64,000 nt of DNA from Phoronis australis. Its lineage: Eukaryota > Animalia > Phoronida. Numbering within the stretch: position 1 is the stretch's first letter; each line of letters opens with the position of its first letter. Below are positions 13,300 through 25,400 of the stretch, piece by piece. The DNA is taken from NCBI GenBank assembly GCA_002633005.1, contig NMRA01000422.1, forward strand, positions 330,146 to 394,145, read 5' to 3'. The notes under the pieces are model-generated. The model was not told where the DNA came from. It did no database searches and saw only the letters and a list, made by a program, of their open reading frames with translations. Position numbers and translations under genes: made by a program.

Positions 13300-16200
13300 T
13301 TCGAAAAAGCTAATAACTTAATGGATATAACGGTAAGGACTTCGGACCAACACAGGACAACGAGATCAAACATAGAAAGACAAAAGAGTACATGTATGTA
13401 TGGCAAGACACTGGAGAAAACCAGAGTCCTGAAAATACATCACGGTAGGATGAAGTGTCGCTCGAAGATTGCAAGGCAACTCTTGGACGCGATGTCCATT
13501 GAGACAATGGAGGAAAGGAGTCAGTACATACAGTAGAATCTCCAAGCTAAGCAATGAAAAGAGATATAATTCCTCTCACAGGGATGCCACCAACCGGAAG
13601 AATCAAAGGACGGAATTCTAGGAAGATGAACCTACACGGACTAATAACTACGGACGAATTAGAGACAAACCTCCAGTATCCTAAGGGAGAGATGTGGGTG
13701 GAGTAAGCATACCAGGGAAGAAAGGAGAGAAGATATCATGGCCACCAGCCAGGACAGGGACAAGTGGTTTAAGCGTGATGATAAATCACACAGTATTATA
13801 GTCCAGACGCTTATAGGAGGAGTGGAGAAGAAGAAGCTCAAAATTATGACGACATTACTTTATGGTACCTGTACAGAACTACGTGATGAGAGGAGCAAGT
13901 AGTTTACTAGAGAACAATGCACATAGTAGAAGGCGAAGGGAACATCTGCCTTACGGAAATACACAGTATTACCAATCAGTTTAGGGTACAGAATTTCACC
14001 AACTTTAGTATACATTATAAAAAACAAGAGAAATATGGCCGCCATCCTACAGGTGTATGTGTTTTTGTGAAAACCTCGTTGTCTGAATTTGTCACTCGCA
14101 TGGATGCTGGGTTTTTTCTTATGGCATTTTTCTAAAATTTGATAAAAGTCTATTTTGTTCAGACAACGGTGTAATAATGAGTTCTGTTTATATTCCAGCA
14201 GAGGATTCTGCTTGTTTCATTCACACTAGTGAGAATAATGGCGTTGCAATACTCGAACAAGAATTGTTACAGTGTAAACCTTTGTGTTGAACATTGCAAA
14301 CCATCGTGACCTAAACGTTGGTGTGAGTAATCTGCACGATTTTATCTATCACGACAGGGCTAATTGCCTACCATGTCAAGACTTATATGAAACGGATATC
14401 TTTAATTTTCAGCGAACGTCTAAAGATAATACAATTACTAATTTTGGTAAAAGTCTAATCGAATTATGTTGTCATTTGAATCTACATATTGCTAATGACA
14501 CAAGTGAGGCGATGAACATGGGCAAGCCACTTGTTTTGCATCGGGAGAATGTAGTGTAGTTGATTTCATGTTTTATGAACATGTATCAAAATTTAAAGTT
14601 GACAGTTTTGATATATCAGACCATCTTCCCATTGTTAGCGAAAGTTGTACCCACATGTTTGAAGACAAGGAAAATAAGTCATTGACGAAATTAATCAGAA
14701 TAAGAACAACCCAAAAGTGTTTTCGCAATTCGTTAAAAAAACATTGGTTGGAAAAGCATTTCATTTTTGATATCACATGAATATTTCAAATCACTGTTGA
14801 ATCAGATAGTTGATCTGATCAATAATTTACAGTGAACTGTTGAGAGACACTTAGAGGCTCATGGAAATTTAAAGAACGAATGTGACGAAAATGTTCCGCA
14901 CGAGCTGAATGTGTTTTACTCATGAAATTGAGAATTGCATCCAAATGGGAAAATACCCGGAACTGACGGGCTTCTTTTTGAGATGTTTAAAAGTACCCAA
15001 GTGTGGATTGCTCCAATGCTAGAGTAACTGTTCAACAAAATTTCAGCTCTAGTGTTTACCCACACGAATAGTGTGACGCAATGTTGATCCTTATAATCAA
15101 GCAGGGTTGTAAGGACGATGAAAACAACTACAGGGGGATATTACTGTTGTCTTTCCTGGGTAAACTATTCACGAAGGTATTGAATGACCGACGTAGCAAT
15201 TGAGCTGAAGCACATGACATTTTCCATGAATCTCAGGCCGGGTTTAGAAAGGGTTACTGCACTCGAGACCAGTTACGCAGTCTATATGCTTTGAGTTAAA
15301 AACACACAAGTAAACGAGGTCGTCACTTTTACTGTGACTTCATAGAATTTTAAAAGTCTTTGATAACATTTCTTCAAGTTGGTATACACCATAATGTGTT
15401 AAAAATAATAAATTTTTTGTACAGTAAATTAAGAACTTGTATAAAGACTGCGGCTGATTTGACAGGGTATTTTAATTGCAACGTCGGGACAAGAGCGGGG
15501 ATGCATGATTAATCCAATTTTATTCAACATCTACTTAAATGAGATTATTTAAGAGCTAAGAAACGGCAACATGATAAAAGGTATTCTTATTAATGAAAAT
15601 GTTCAGGATGTTGATCCGTTTTACATACAGATGTTATGGTACTTTTTGCTGAAACACACATAAAACTACAAAGAATACTAAATTGTCTTTTCAATTACTG
15701 TAAAGCTTGGGAATGAGTGTAAAGTTGAAAATGAAAGACAAGAACCATGGTGTTTCGTAATGGGGGACCACTGTGGTCTTAAGAAAAATGATATTTTGGA
15801 AATGATTCCGTGATCCCGTGAAATAAGAATCTCGGAGTGTTTGTCACACCAAAGTTAGCTTGGTCAAATGCTTCCAAACTACTGTCACATCAAGATACCA
15901 GATCAGCAATAGATATTTATAAACTGTTTAAATATACCAAAGATTACCTGTGTCTTTTTATTTGACCTATTTGATAAAACGGTATATCCGTATATAACCT
16001 ACATGTACAGATCAGAACTGTGTGGGTTTGATAAGTATGATTGTATTGAAAGTGTTCATATTAAATTTTGTCAAATGGTCCTGGGTATAAGTCCAATCTT
16101 TTCAAATTCTGCACTGCTAAGCCATTGTGGTCGCTACCGGTTGTGCATTGGATATTATGTTAAATAAATTAAGTACTGGTTTAAAATTTTGAAAATGCAT

Positions 16201-18240
16201 TCTAACAGATATACAAAAGCATTCTACAATTTATTGCTTAATTTGGATTCCAATGGAAGGTGTCGCTATAACTGGGCCTTTGCAGTTAAAAAACTTGAAT
16301 GACAACATATTTTTATGAGACCTGGTTGAAATAGGGTGTTGCCTGTGAGACAACCTCTATGTATATTTTTTTCTCAATGTGTTATAGATTGTTATTTACA
16401 GGGATTGCAGAGCGTTGTAGAGACACTTTTCTCACATTAAATTAGAGTTCATATTTGAACTTTGCTTGTAATCGAATTTGCCTAGAAAATTCACACAATG
16501 TTTGACGCGATATCGTTGTGCGAACCATGATTTAGGTGTAGAAACCGGCAGGCATTTTTCAACCCTGACAAAGGTGTTAATAGTTTCATTTACTATTCAT
16601 TTTGCAATTGTAGACGATCATTACCCAAAGAAATGTTTGTACCTCTCTTGTTTTATAACTTTAATGCTGTACTTGTACTTTAGGCCCATGGTCTTGAATA
16701 CTTGAAATACAGACATTAATATTTGAAAGAAAGAGTTGAAGCGTCAGTTGAAGTTAGCAAGTGAAGCTGAAATAGAAAAGCTGAAAGACGCAAGGAAGGA
16801 GGTCATTACAGTGGAAAAGGCTGAAGCAGCATCAAGAAAGCGTAGGGAGAAGAGACAAAATTGGAAGGCTTTAAGGGAAGTCGAGAAGTTTGGTGACAAA
16901 GAAGGAAAACGTTCGAGCTTTCGGGAGCAAGAGTTCCAATAATTTCAGAAGAATCTGTAAGATATTTGAAAAAGGTATATGATACAATCTTTAAAGATGT
17001 CAGAAATTTAAGAGGGTTTAAAGAACAACTAAGAGCCTGTCTGCTAAAGGTCAACAGAAGTTAGACACCCAACAAGTAAAAATTGTGGAGTTAACAACAT
17101 GATTTTTTGCCAAATTATTATGACCACTTTTGGTGTACAAGGGTACCTGCTTGGCAGCTGAGGCGATGGAGCGAACAGCGAGCAGTTTCCTACATGTGTA
17201 CGACGGAGGATAGGAGTGCTACCAAGTTTCAGGGTTGCACAACTCGTCAACTAAAATAACTCTACCGGTTTCATCAATTGCCGAACAGCACCAGGGCTTT
17301 GGTGACACTGAAGATCTGGTCCTTAATAACAGCGTTATCTGAAAACCAACTGGAAGAACATGGAGGGCCTATCGACAGCTGAGAGCAGAATAAAGAGCCA
17401 ACAAATCGTAAGAGCGGTGTGCTGTAGAGGACAAGGGCTAGGATATTCTACGAACAACAGGGCCAAGAACGTGACCTACAAGAAAGAACGAGGATACCAC
17501 GTATAACAGGAGGTCATGAAGTCTGAAGAAGAGCGCAGGTATACACGGACTTTCGGAATGGGGTATCACGGCTGTTCAGTCAGGGAGCTTTTAAAAGTTT
17601 TGAAACGTTATGAGAATGAAACCAACGCGACACTGCGATTTCTGCTGAGATCGGTACACGACAATCTGGCAACAACCACGAACCTGAGGTTTTGGAGGAT
17701 ATGACTGACCCAAAGTGTCTGAAATGTGGCAGTTGGAAAATTTGGCACACACCCTTTTGTCCAGAAATTCCTTCCTTACAGATGGGATATTCACTTGGAT
17801 GTAAAATCAAATGTTGCCAGTTGTTGCACGAAACCTTTATGAACGTTACCATGGGACACCCCCGAAGAGAAGAGTCTCACCTGAGAGGCTGAATTATGAC
17901 GACCTCAGAGAGCAGTATGTCAAAGGGTTAGAAACCTTGAATTTTCCCATTTGAGTTTGGCTGTAGATGGTTTGCCATTAATTCATTTGACAGAGAAATT
18001 GGGAGAGAAGACAAACATAAAGAAGACATTACTATATAAGGAAGAAAACAATGGAAAGATGGATTCCGTGTGGATATTGCTTAAATACCAACTGCAACAG
18101 AAATAACAACAACAACAGAGGAAACCGGCGCTAGGCAGAGACTGATAATCGCTGTCGGTCCATCTGTTAGATGGAGTCTTGGAAAAGAGTGAAACTCCTG
18201 AGGTTAACCGGAGCGCAGCTGATGACAGCGGTAGGAGAGT
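13300..18240 (+). mobile_element. Decayed Hero/NeSL-type (restriction-like endonuclease) LINE, split by a nested LINE at 13943-16706
   Basis: N-terminal C..GK...LKIH.GRMKC zinc finger; LKRQLKLAS; AESRI...GLGY; LRFLLRSVHD.L; C..C...HT..C knuckle; EFGCR; structured 3' end. Most of the RT appears deleted. Confidence 0.75.
13943..16706 (+). mobile_element. Decayed RTE-X-like LINE ORF2 (AP endonuclease plus RT)
   Basis: ICLTE, VYIP, SDHLPI endonuclease motifs; NYRGILLLS, ESQAGFRKG; TY.SELCG...IESVHIKFC; TRYRCANHDLGVETGR; CTTGAA-repeat tail; many stops. Confidence 0.85.
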
Positions 18241-19276
18241 ATCAACACCTATGTTTAAAGTACGTAGGTAGTAGACACTTCTCATGGAATGTATACGTTC
18301 GTGTCTCTTAGTGAGTCTTGCTCAGACCCTTGAGTGTGGTTACCAGATTGTCTGGAAAACAGACGTCCGTCAATAATAAGCTCAAGGAGGCGTTGTCATT
18401 TTAGGAAATAGCCTATTATTTGACCTTCGCTGACGTAGACCAGACGGGAAGAAGCCTGGCATCCTTTTCAAACAACGTAGCTTTCAACACTCGGCCAGTC
18501 TTCAAACACGAAGACACGACCACTATCCTATTCTCTTGAACACTTACATCTGTACCGGTTTTTGACGATTGTTCTTTAAGGATATCTCAAACCATATTCA
18601 CAAAAATTGGCCATTTTTACAGTATTTCATATATGTCTTGCAAAACACCTTATATTTATTCTCGGAGAACTTCAAATACGAAATATATACCACGTAGCGA
18701 GAAAAGAAAAGATTTGACAGAACAACCTTGGAACCGCACAACCGAGTGGAAATCTGTTTTCTACTTATTCGATGTCAAATGTTACGGGGCTGTCATCCAA
18801 ATCGAATCTCCGCCTGGCAAGTAGCGGCTGGGCATGTACATGTACTTCCAGCCATTTCATTCACGGAGTCGCCATGATATTGCATAATCGACCTGTACAT
18901 ATGATAGAAAGATGCATAGTGAAGGCAAAACGTAGCCTTGATCCGGAGAGAGTTGTGTGTCTTCCCGCATTCGAAGGTCGGGAACGAGTCGCCTCACGCC
19001 TGCGTGACATTGTGTTCACAAACACAGCAAAGTTATGAAAAGATATAAATCCTCACCCAAAACCCTTACTTCGACATTTTCCTGTTTCAATCCAATGCTA
19101 ACGACGTGCTTTAACCAACGACGATCATATATAGGCCCAGTTTTTTTCGTAATGTAACAAAGACGAACACAACTTCTGTTTTTTTAAAAAATAGCTTACA
19201 TGTACGTTTTGCTGTGATGGCTTCTGTTAAGCCTTGTATTGACTTTAAGGGATGTTTGTTTTTATTCTATACGCAG

Positions 19277-19483
19277 GTTCTGAATGTGGAGGAAATCTTA
19301 TCGCTAGTAATACCACCAAACGCCAATTCCAGTCTCCCGGTTATCCAAACAGTTACACCGACAGTCTGCAATGTCAATGGACCATACGTTCAGACGTCAG
19401 AACAAGAATTTACTTCAATATCACAGCAATCGAAGTTGAACACGGCAGTGACTGCTCTTATGATAGCGTGACGGTGTACGACG
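19277..19483 (+). CDS. CUB gene exon 1 in window (CUB-a N-half)
   Basis: cgcag|G acceptor and G|gtaaga donor, phase 1-1; SECGGNLIAS...SPGYPNSY...CSYDSVTVYD. Confidence 0.92.
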
Positions 19484-22400
19484 GTAAGACTGAATGATAC
19501 CCTAATTAAATGATAGCAGATTGCCACTGGATAATTTTGCGATTCGATATGAATTGTTGTTTCATTTTTATAATCTCACCAAGGTGTGATGTGTGCATGC
19601 CCAAACTGTCACAGCTTCAAAATTGTTGCAATTTGGGTCAGGGCCGCAGATTCAAATTGTCAAAAACGTTTTTAGTCGCAGTAATGTTGGACTCTTGTCG
19701 CAAACAGTAAAACCTCGCCGAAGGTGACCTCGTAAGGGTTTTGAAAGCTACACATTTTACCACGAATTATATAATACATGTACATAAAACCACAAGACAC
19801 TGTACACAAAACATTCTCTCTACTAACCGGGATCCCAGAGGCGTTTTGAACATGAAACCCAACCAATTTCCTTGGATGCCCCAGTGCTCTATGACATAAT
19901 ACTATGTGCCATGAATGAAATTTTCCCGGATTAATCCTGAGCTGGGTTACCCCAGCAAGGCGCACCCAAACTTCAGGGTTGAGTTAAAACGACCCACCAA
20001 CAACTGCAACATATTCAGGATAACTCCTTATGGCATATCTGTTACATGTCCGACCATTTCAGAGGTGGAACACCATAGCCAGACACAATAAAAGATCTAA
20101 AACACTCGAGAAATCACATTCACGATGCATGAACACTGCTTAATACTGCTGATGGAATCCACCAATTTCATTTCAAATTTAATCGGTGGGATGTCAATTC
20201 AACTAGTTGCTCACAAACTACCTAACCTACTCCCTCTTCCACTGTGCACAGCCTAAGTCACGTTTGCCAGCTCAGTTGCAATATTGATAGTTTCTGTGAA
20301 ATATAAGCATTACAATATGTCCCCAATATTATGTATATATTTAATTGCAAAGTCGATTTTTGCTTTTTTGCATAACGTAACATGAAAGCAAATCATTTCC
20401 CGGTCACGGGGCCCTTTACCAACGGTTCACGTATAGTTTGAGCATCACAGCCTTTCGACACGTTTTGGCATCTTCCCGATTATGGCGGACTCATTTTAAA
20501 CAACCAAGTCTCCACTCTGTGCTCAAGGACACAATCATCAAGACGTGAGACATTTGCCAATGAATTCCACTGGGTGAAATTTAGGGAAAAGTAAGAACCG
20601 TGATTTTGAAAGATACGAGAATAAACAGTTTTCTCCAAGCTTATAATTACATAAATAATCATGTTCATAAGTTTGGCAAACAATACATCATCGTCATACC
20701 TGAAGTTACTTTGGGTGGTTACACAGATTCAGATACTATTCTAAAATCAACGCTGCCATGAACATCAATCAGAAAACAATAAAACAAAATTAACTAAATT
20801 CTCCGCGCTCTCAACAATATTCAAGTGCTTATTTGCAATTACTGAAGAAATTGATCCTATTTTCATCATGTGTTGGGAGAAGTATCTAAACATCAACATT
20901 TAACCTCAGTCTTCCATAATTACAATCATGTGTGCAATTGGATATTTTAAGAGCAATCTCATCGCTTTTTTCTTCCCCTGTCAGCGGAAATTTTTTGATA
21001 GTTTTAAATGAGAATGCCACCCAAAACAACCTATTTTGTATCAATTTAGATCGAGTAGTTCAACTCAATAACCGCACGTTCCGTTGCATTACCTGACACC
21101 TGACGGCAGACAGAGGTGTTGAATTTATCCAATGACGTAAGTGGTTTCACAGGCAGTCTGTTCAGCGGTTCACAACATGGGTTACTGGTGTCAGCTTATC
21201 GCTTGAATTCATCGTTCAACACCAATAAATCATATAACTTCGATGTAGAACCCTTAAAGATACATCGATTTCTTATAAAAAGGTGTTGTTTTATTTCGCT
21301 GTTACGGATTTGCTGGTATTTGGACACACCGTAGCCTATAAACTTCGGCATGCCAATTATCCAAGTTCCGTAGGAGGAGTTTGGGGGTCTGTTCGGGAAA
21401 AAATCGAAGTATTCTTCCGTGAAATACAGACAAGAGAACCTAGATCTTTGTTGTTTATACTTGTGATTTTTTAGTTCTAAACACACAAAACGCTTGTTTT
21501 CCCGGCCAGTGGATCGGAATCCGATCAGGCCGTCGCGACCGGACCGCCTCGTTATCCCGTTCATTGGGTCGGAACTCGATCAGGCCCGTCGTTGCCGCCG
21601 AGACTGTCACGAACATAAACCAAATTGACTTGGAAACTAAACCTCCAGTCACGAAAAGACTACAATAGTGAGCCAAAGAAATAATGTGCACGTAATTATT
21701 TTTGTGAATTAGCCACAAAACTGAAAATGTACTTACTTGTCGAGGGCCGCGAAGTCGGGTTACCCTTCCACAGACCGTCAGAGCAAAGGTTGGACCGTAA
21801 CAATGATTTGAATAATGTATTTGTATTTCTAAATTAAGATTCCCCTAACATGTGACCATAGCATATAAAATCGAGTAATTGATTCACAACAGCTTTCGGT
21901 CGATCAGCAAACAGTCAATTAGCATGCGCTCACACGGTTTCGGTGCCCGGTGAAATACCTTTGTTGCCGGCATCAAAAACCGGCACGCAGTGCTTTATTC
22001 ACTGCCGTCTTCTCTAAACATTTGCATTCACGAGCACTCCAAGGCATTACAAATTGTATGTAATGAGACAGACTTTGTTTCGGTTTCATATAAGCATTGA
22101 TTAGGATGAGAATAATTCATTTTGAAACAGAACCCAGAATAATAAACGTCTACATGGCACCTCGCCCGTCGCCAATCCCAACTTAGTTAAGAGCTCATCC
22201 GACGAAGACTTCACAGGTCGTATCGTTAGGATTCACAGGCTATCAGTTCGAACCGGAATACACTGATCAAGAAATACTAGAGAGGCGCCGTGAACATGCA
22301 CAGGCAACGGAACGTATGGATATTTCTTTGGTAAGCCGGAATTCGTCAGAGAAGTCACTGTCTACGAAATGCCGGCCACAGACACGGAGATGTTTCACGG

Positions 22401-25400
22401 CCTCATACTTGCTATTAACAGCGTACCTTTCATTCTTCACTACCGCGAGCCACTTCCTAAGCATTTCGGGTTCTCGAGGAAGTCGAAAAAACGATATACC
22501 CGCTTTCTTCGCAGCTTCATACATGTAGTTCGGACAAGCGGTAACGATGCACCGCAATATAGTAGCATTCCCTCTGCAGACGAACCACTGACGTCGCTGC
22601 GTCGTTTCTCAACTTCCTCACAAATTAACGCGACACCTCTCGGCAAGGTGGGGTCGACCCTATAAGAGGCGATGTGGATATAGACCGATTAAGAGGGTAA
22701 AAAGACTAATTAAATCGGGTGGCATTGTCCTGTATCAAGTCGCAAAAATGTATTGGCTCCGTCGATGTTTCGTATGACCAGTTGCAGTATTAACGAGAAT
22801 ATACAGAACATCGTCCGCCATAGGATACACTCTAGCAAAATCTTCGCCTTTCACACTCAGTGACGCTTCTAATCCTCGAAGGGCTGCCAACACTGATTGT
22901 TTGCATTCATTCGCGAATACTTAATGAACCTAGTGACAGCCAGTGATTGAGACCATCAATAGGTTATTAGTCGAACGTTGCACTGAGAACGCATCGTGTT
23001 CCAACACTTCATGTAGATTAGGGTTTGCGAGTATCAGCTTCTGGTGAACCGGTCCTCTATGAAAGGAGCAATTTGGGAGGACCTAGAAAAGAAATACGTC
23101 CATAATAATAATAATGTTTATTGTACATCTTAGGCTTTGCCTACTAATACATAAATACATGAATTCAAACGTATATTCAGAATATTTACACGGAGAGCAG
23201 TTTTTACTCTTAAAGCCATAGTATTCTGGATATACAATGCGAGGTGCTGGACGCTGTAAAGATTTTTCTGTTGGAATAACCTAAGAAGAGAATAGTTAAC
23301 ATTGACAAGCCCTGGAAGAAGATTTCTTCTAAGGTCTCCAAGAACAGGGCATCGACACATGAAATGAGGCTCATCTTCAATTTCATCCAGACAGCATATG
23401 CCGGATATTCTCTCACCTCTAGGAATACCCATATGTCTACCTTTCTCTATATTAAGTGAGTGACCTGAACACCGAAATTGCGCAAGTTTTTTGTCAAATA
23501 GGCGCTTAAACAATTCACATATTGCTCGCTGACAAGATCACTCTTAAATTCCTGCTCTCAAACTGCCCATGTGGTTCCAGTATCCGAAAATACTAACTAC
23601 ATAAAATCTTATTTTCGACACCCTTTCGTTATATTCTTTTCGCCTTTCTTGCCAAAAGCGATTTTTTAACAGTATTTGTCACTTCTCTGTGAGCGTATAA
23701 TTTACGGCTGTCATCGGTTATTTCCGTACCCACATTTCCGGCTCATCAGTTCAGGAACTTGTTTTGAACGCCGCCATTTTTTCCTTGTGACTGAATGTGC
23801 TATGGCTTGCTCGAAAAGTCTTCATTATTTTGTTTTATTAGTAATATCTCGTGATTCGTTTGTCTGTGTAGTGTATTTATAGTTTGTAGTTAGTGGTCGT
23901 TGATTTTTTTTGGAATGTTACGCGTACTTATTATGTTAAACTAGCATTGATGTTTAGTTCCTTACGTAGGGCGGTCGAACCTAGGAACCAATACGAGTCG
24001 AACCAATTTTTTCCGTTTTTGATTTCTTCTCGTTTTAAAAAACTGCTTTGCTACAGTGCATCCTACTCAGTAAAAATCAAAAAGTATCAAAATCGGGGCA
24101 AGCACTGTTAAGTTATTGCAATTTTTGTGGCGAAATTTGGGTCACTTTGTTTGGATCGCGTCGGCCATATTGGAGGACAGCGGGATAAGTTACGAGTTTA
24201 AAACTTTATGTAAATTGTTTTCGCCAACAATTTACCGTGAAATTTAGTGAGACATATCTTTACTTACTATTCTGCACGATTCAACAATGTTCACCAAATT
24301 TCAGCCTCGCAGTTGTTACTCATTAAGTGATAAATGTGCTCAAAATTCACGTCTCATTTCTGGCGGCACCGACAACATTGCGACTTTTGCTGAACTGGAT
24401 AGCATGTTCAACCTGTTACTTCGTAATTTGTGAAGATTGAACGTTGATACATTTTGACAAACTTTGCTACAAAAAAAGGAACTTTATTCAATTTTCATGT
24501 TTTTGTGCAAAAATATAAGATAATAAATTCGAATTATTTTACTATGAATTTCCCATTCAGGTGATCTTACACTAAGCTAAGAAATGGTTGAAATAATTTT
24601 ACAATGGTTTTTTGTTTCACTATCAACTGCTGTTCAAGGCTTGATTAGGTGTCACAAAATGATTCATATTTTTCTAAATATTAAGTCTCAATTGCATTCA
24701 AGTCATGTTTTGTAACTTATTGCTTCTTAATTCCGGTTATCAAGTCAACAATATGAATAATCTTAATTTGAGAAATAAGCTATTTTGTATTGTGAAGCTT
24801 CAAGCCTCCAATTCTTATTCCTTGCAACTTCATATTTTTTAATCATGCATGTCAAATTGTGGTGTAAGGAAACACTATTCGGTCACTTTCATATCGTGGA
24901 AACTTTTGCTGTTGAAAAGTGTTTGTAATGCTAAAGGTTGTAAAGTATTGTGCATTTTAAGTTACTTATTATGTTAAAAGGTTGAATCATTTTGGCTTAA
25001 GGAATAAAAAATGATAACATATTGTATTGGACTTGTCATACTTATGTGCTCGAGCGAGCCCCTATTTGGAGAAATGGAAAAAGGTCTGCCTCAGTCAGAG
25101 AAGCACAAACTAGAAGACAGGAAGTACCAAAATTTTGCGTCTGCAATTCATAACTCTGAACATAGGCTACCCAGTGAATCTCATAGTAAAAGATAGACAT
25201 TCCCAAAAATTCCAGCCCCCCATTTTTAAGCTTGGTGCGCTCATACAAAGTCTGGGAAAATCTCTGTCGAAAGCCAACAACTTTGCACAGTTCGCCAGAA
25301 GTACCCAGGTTCTAAATAAACCTCGTTTGAGCGAGCGCTGTGGCCAGCGACCAGGTAGGCCTAAGTGTAGCCTTGGACCAAAGCTGTATGGGCCCACTAA

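Noticed and set aside
22267-22557. Domesticated THAP gene
   Set aside because: It lies inside TIR-bounded duplicated DNA, is cut by an internal deletion, and is disrupted in the sister copy.
23715-23752. Minus-strand CTGATGA...GAAA hammerhead-like words (also 48965 and 55616)
   Set aside because: Stem II does not close directly onto GAAA and stems I/III cannot be formed.
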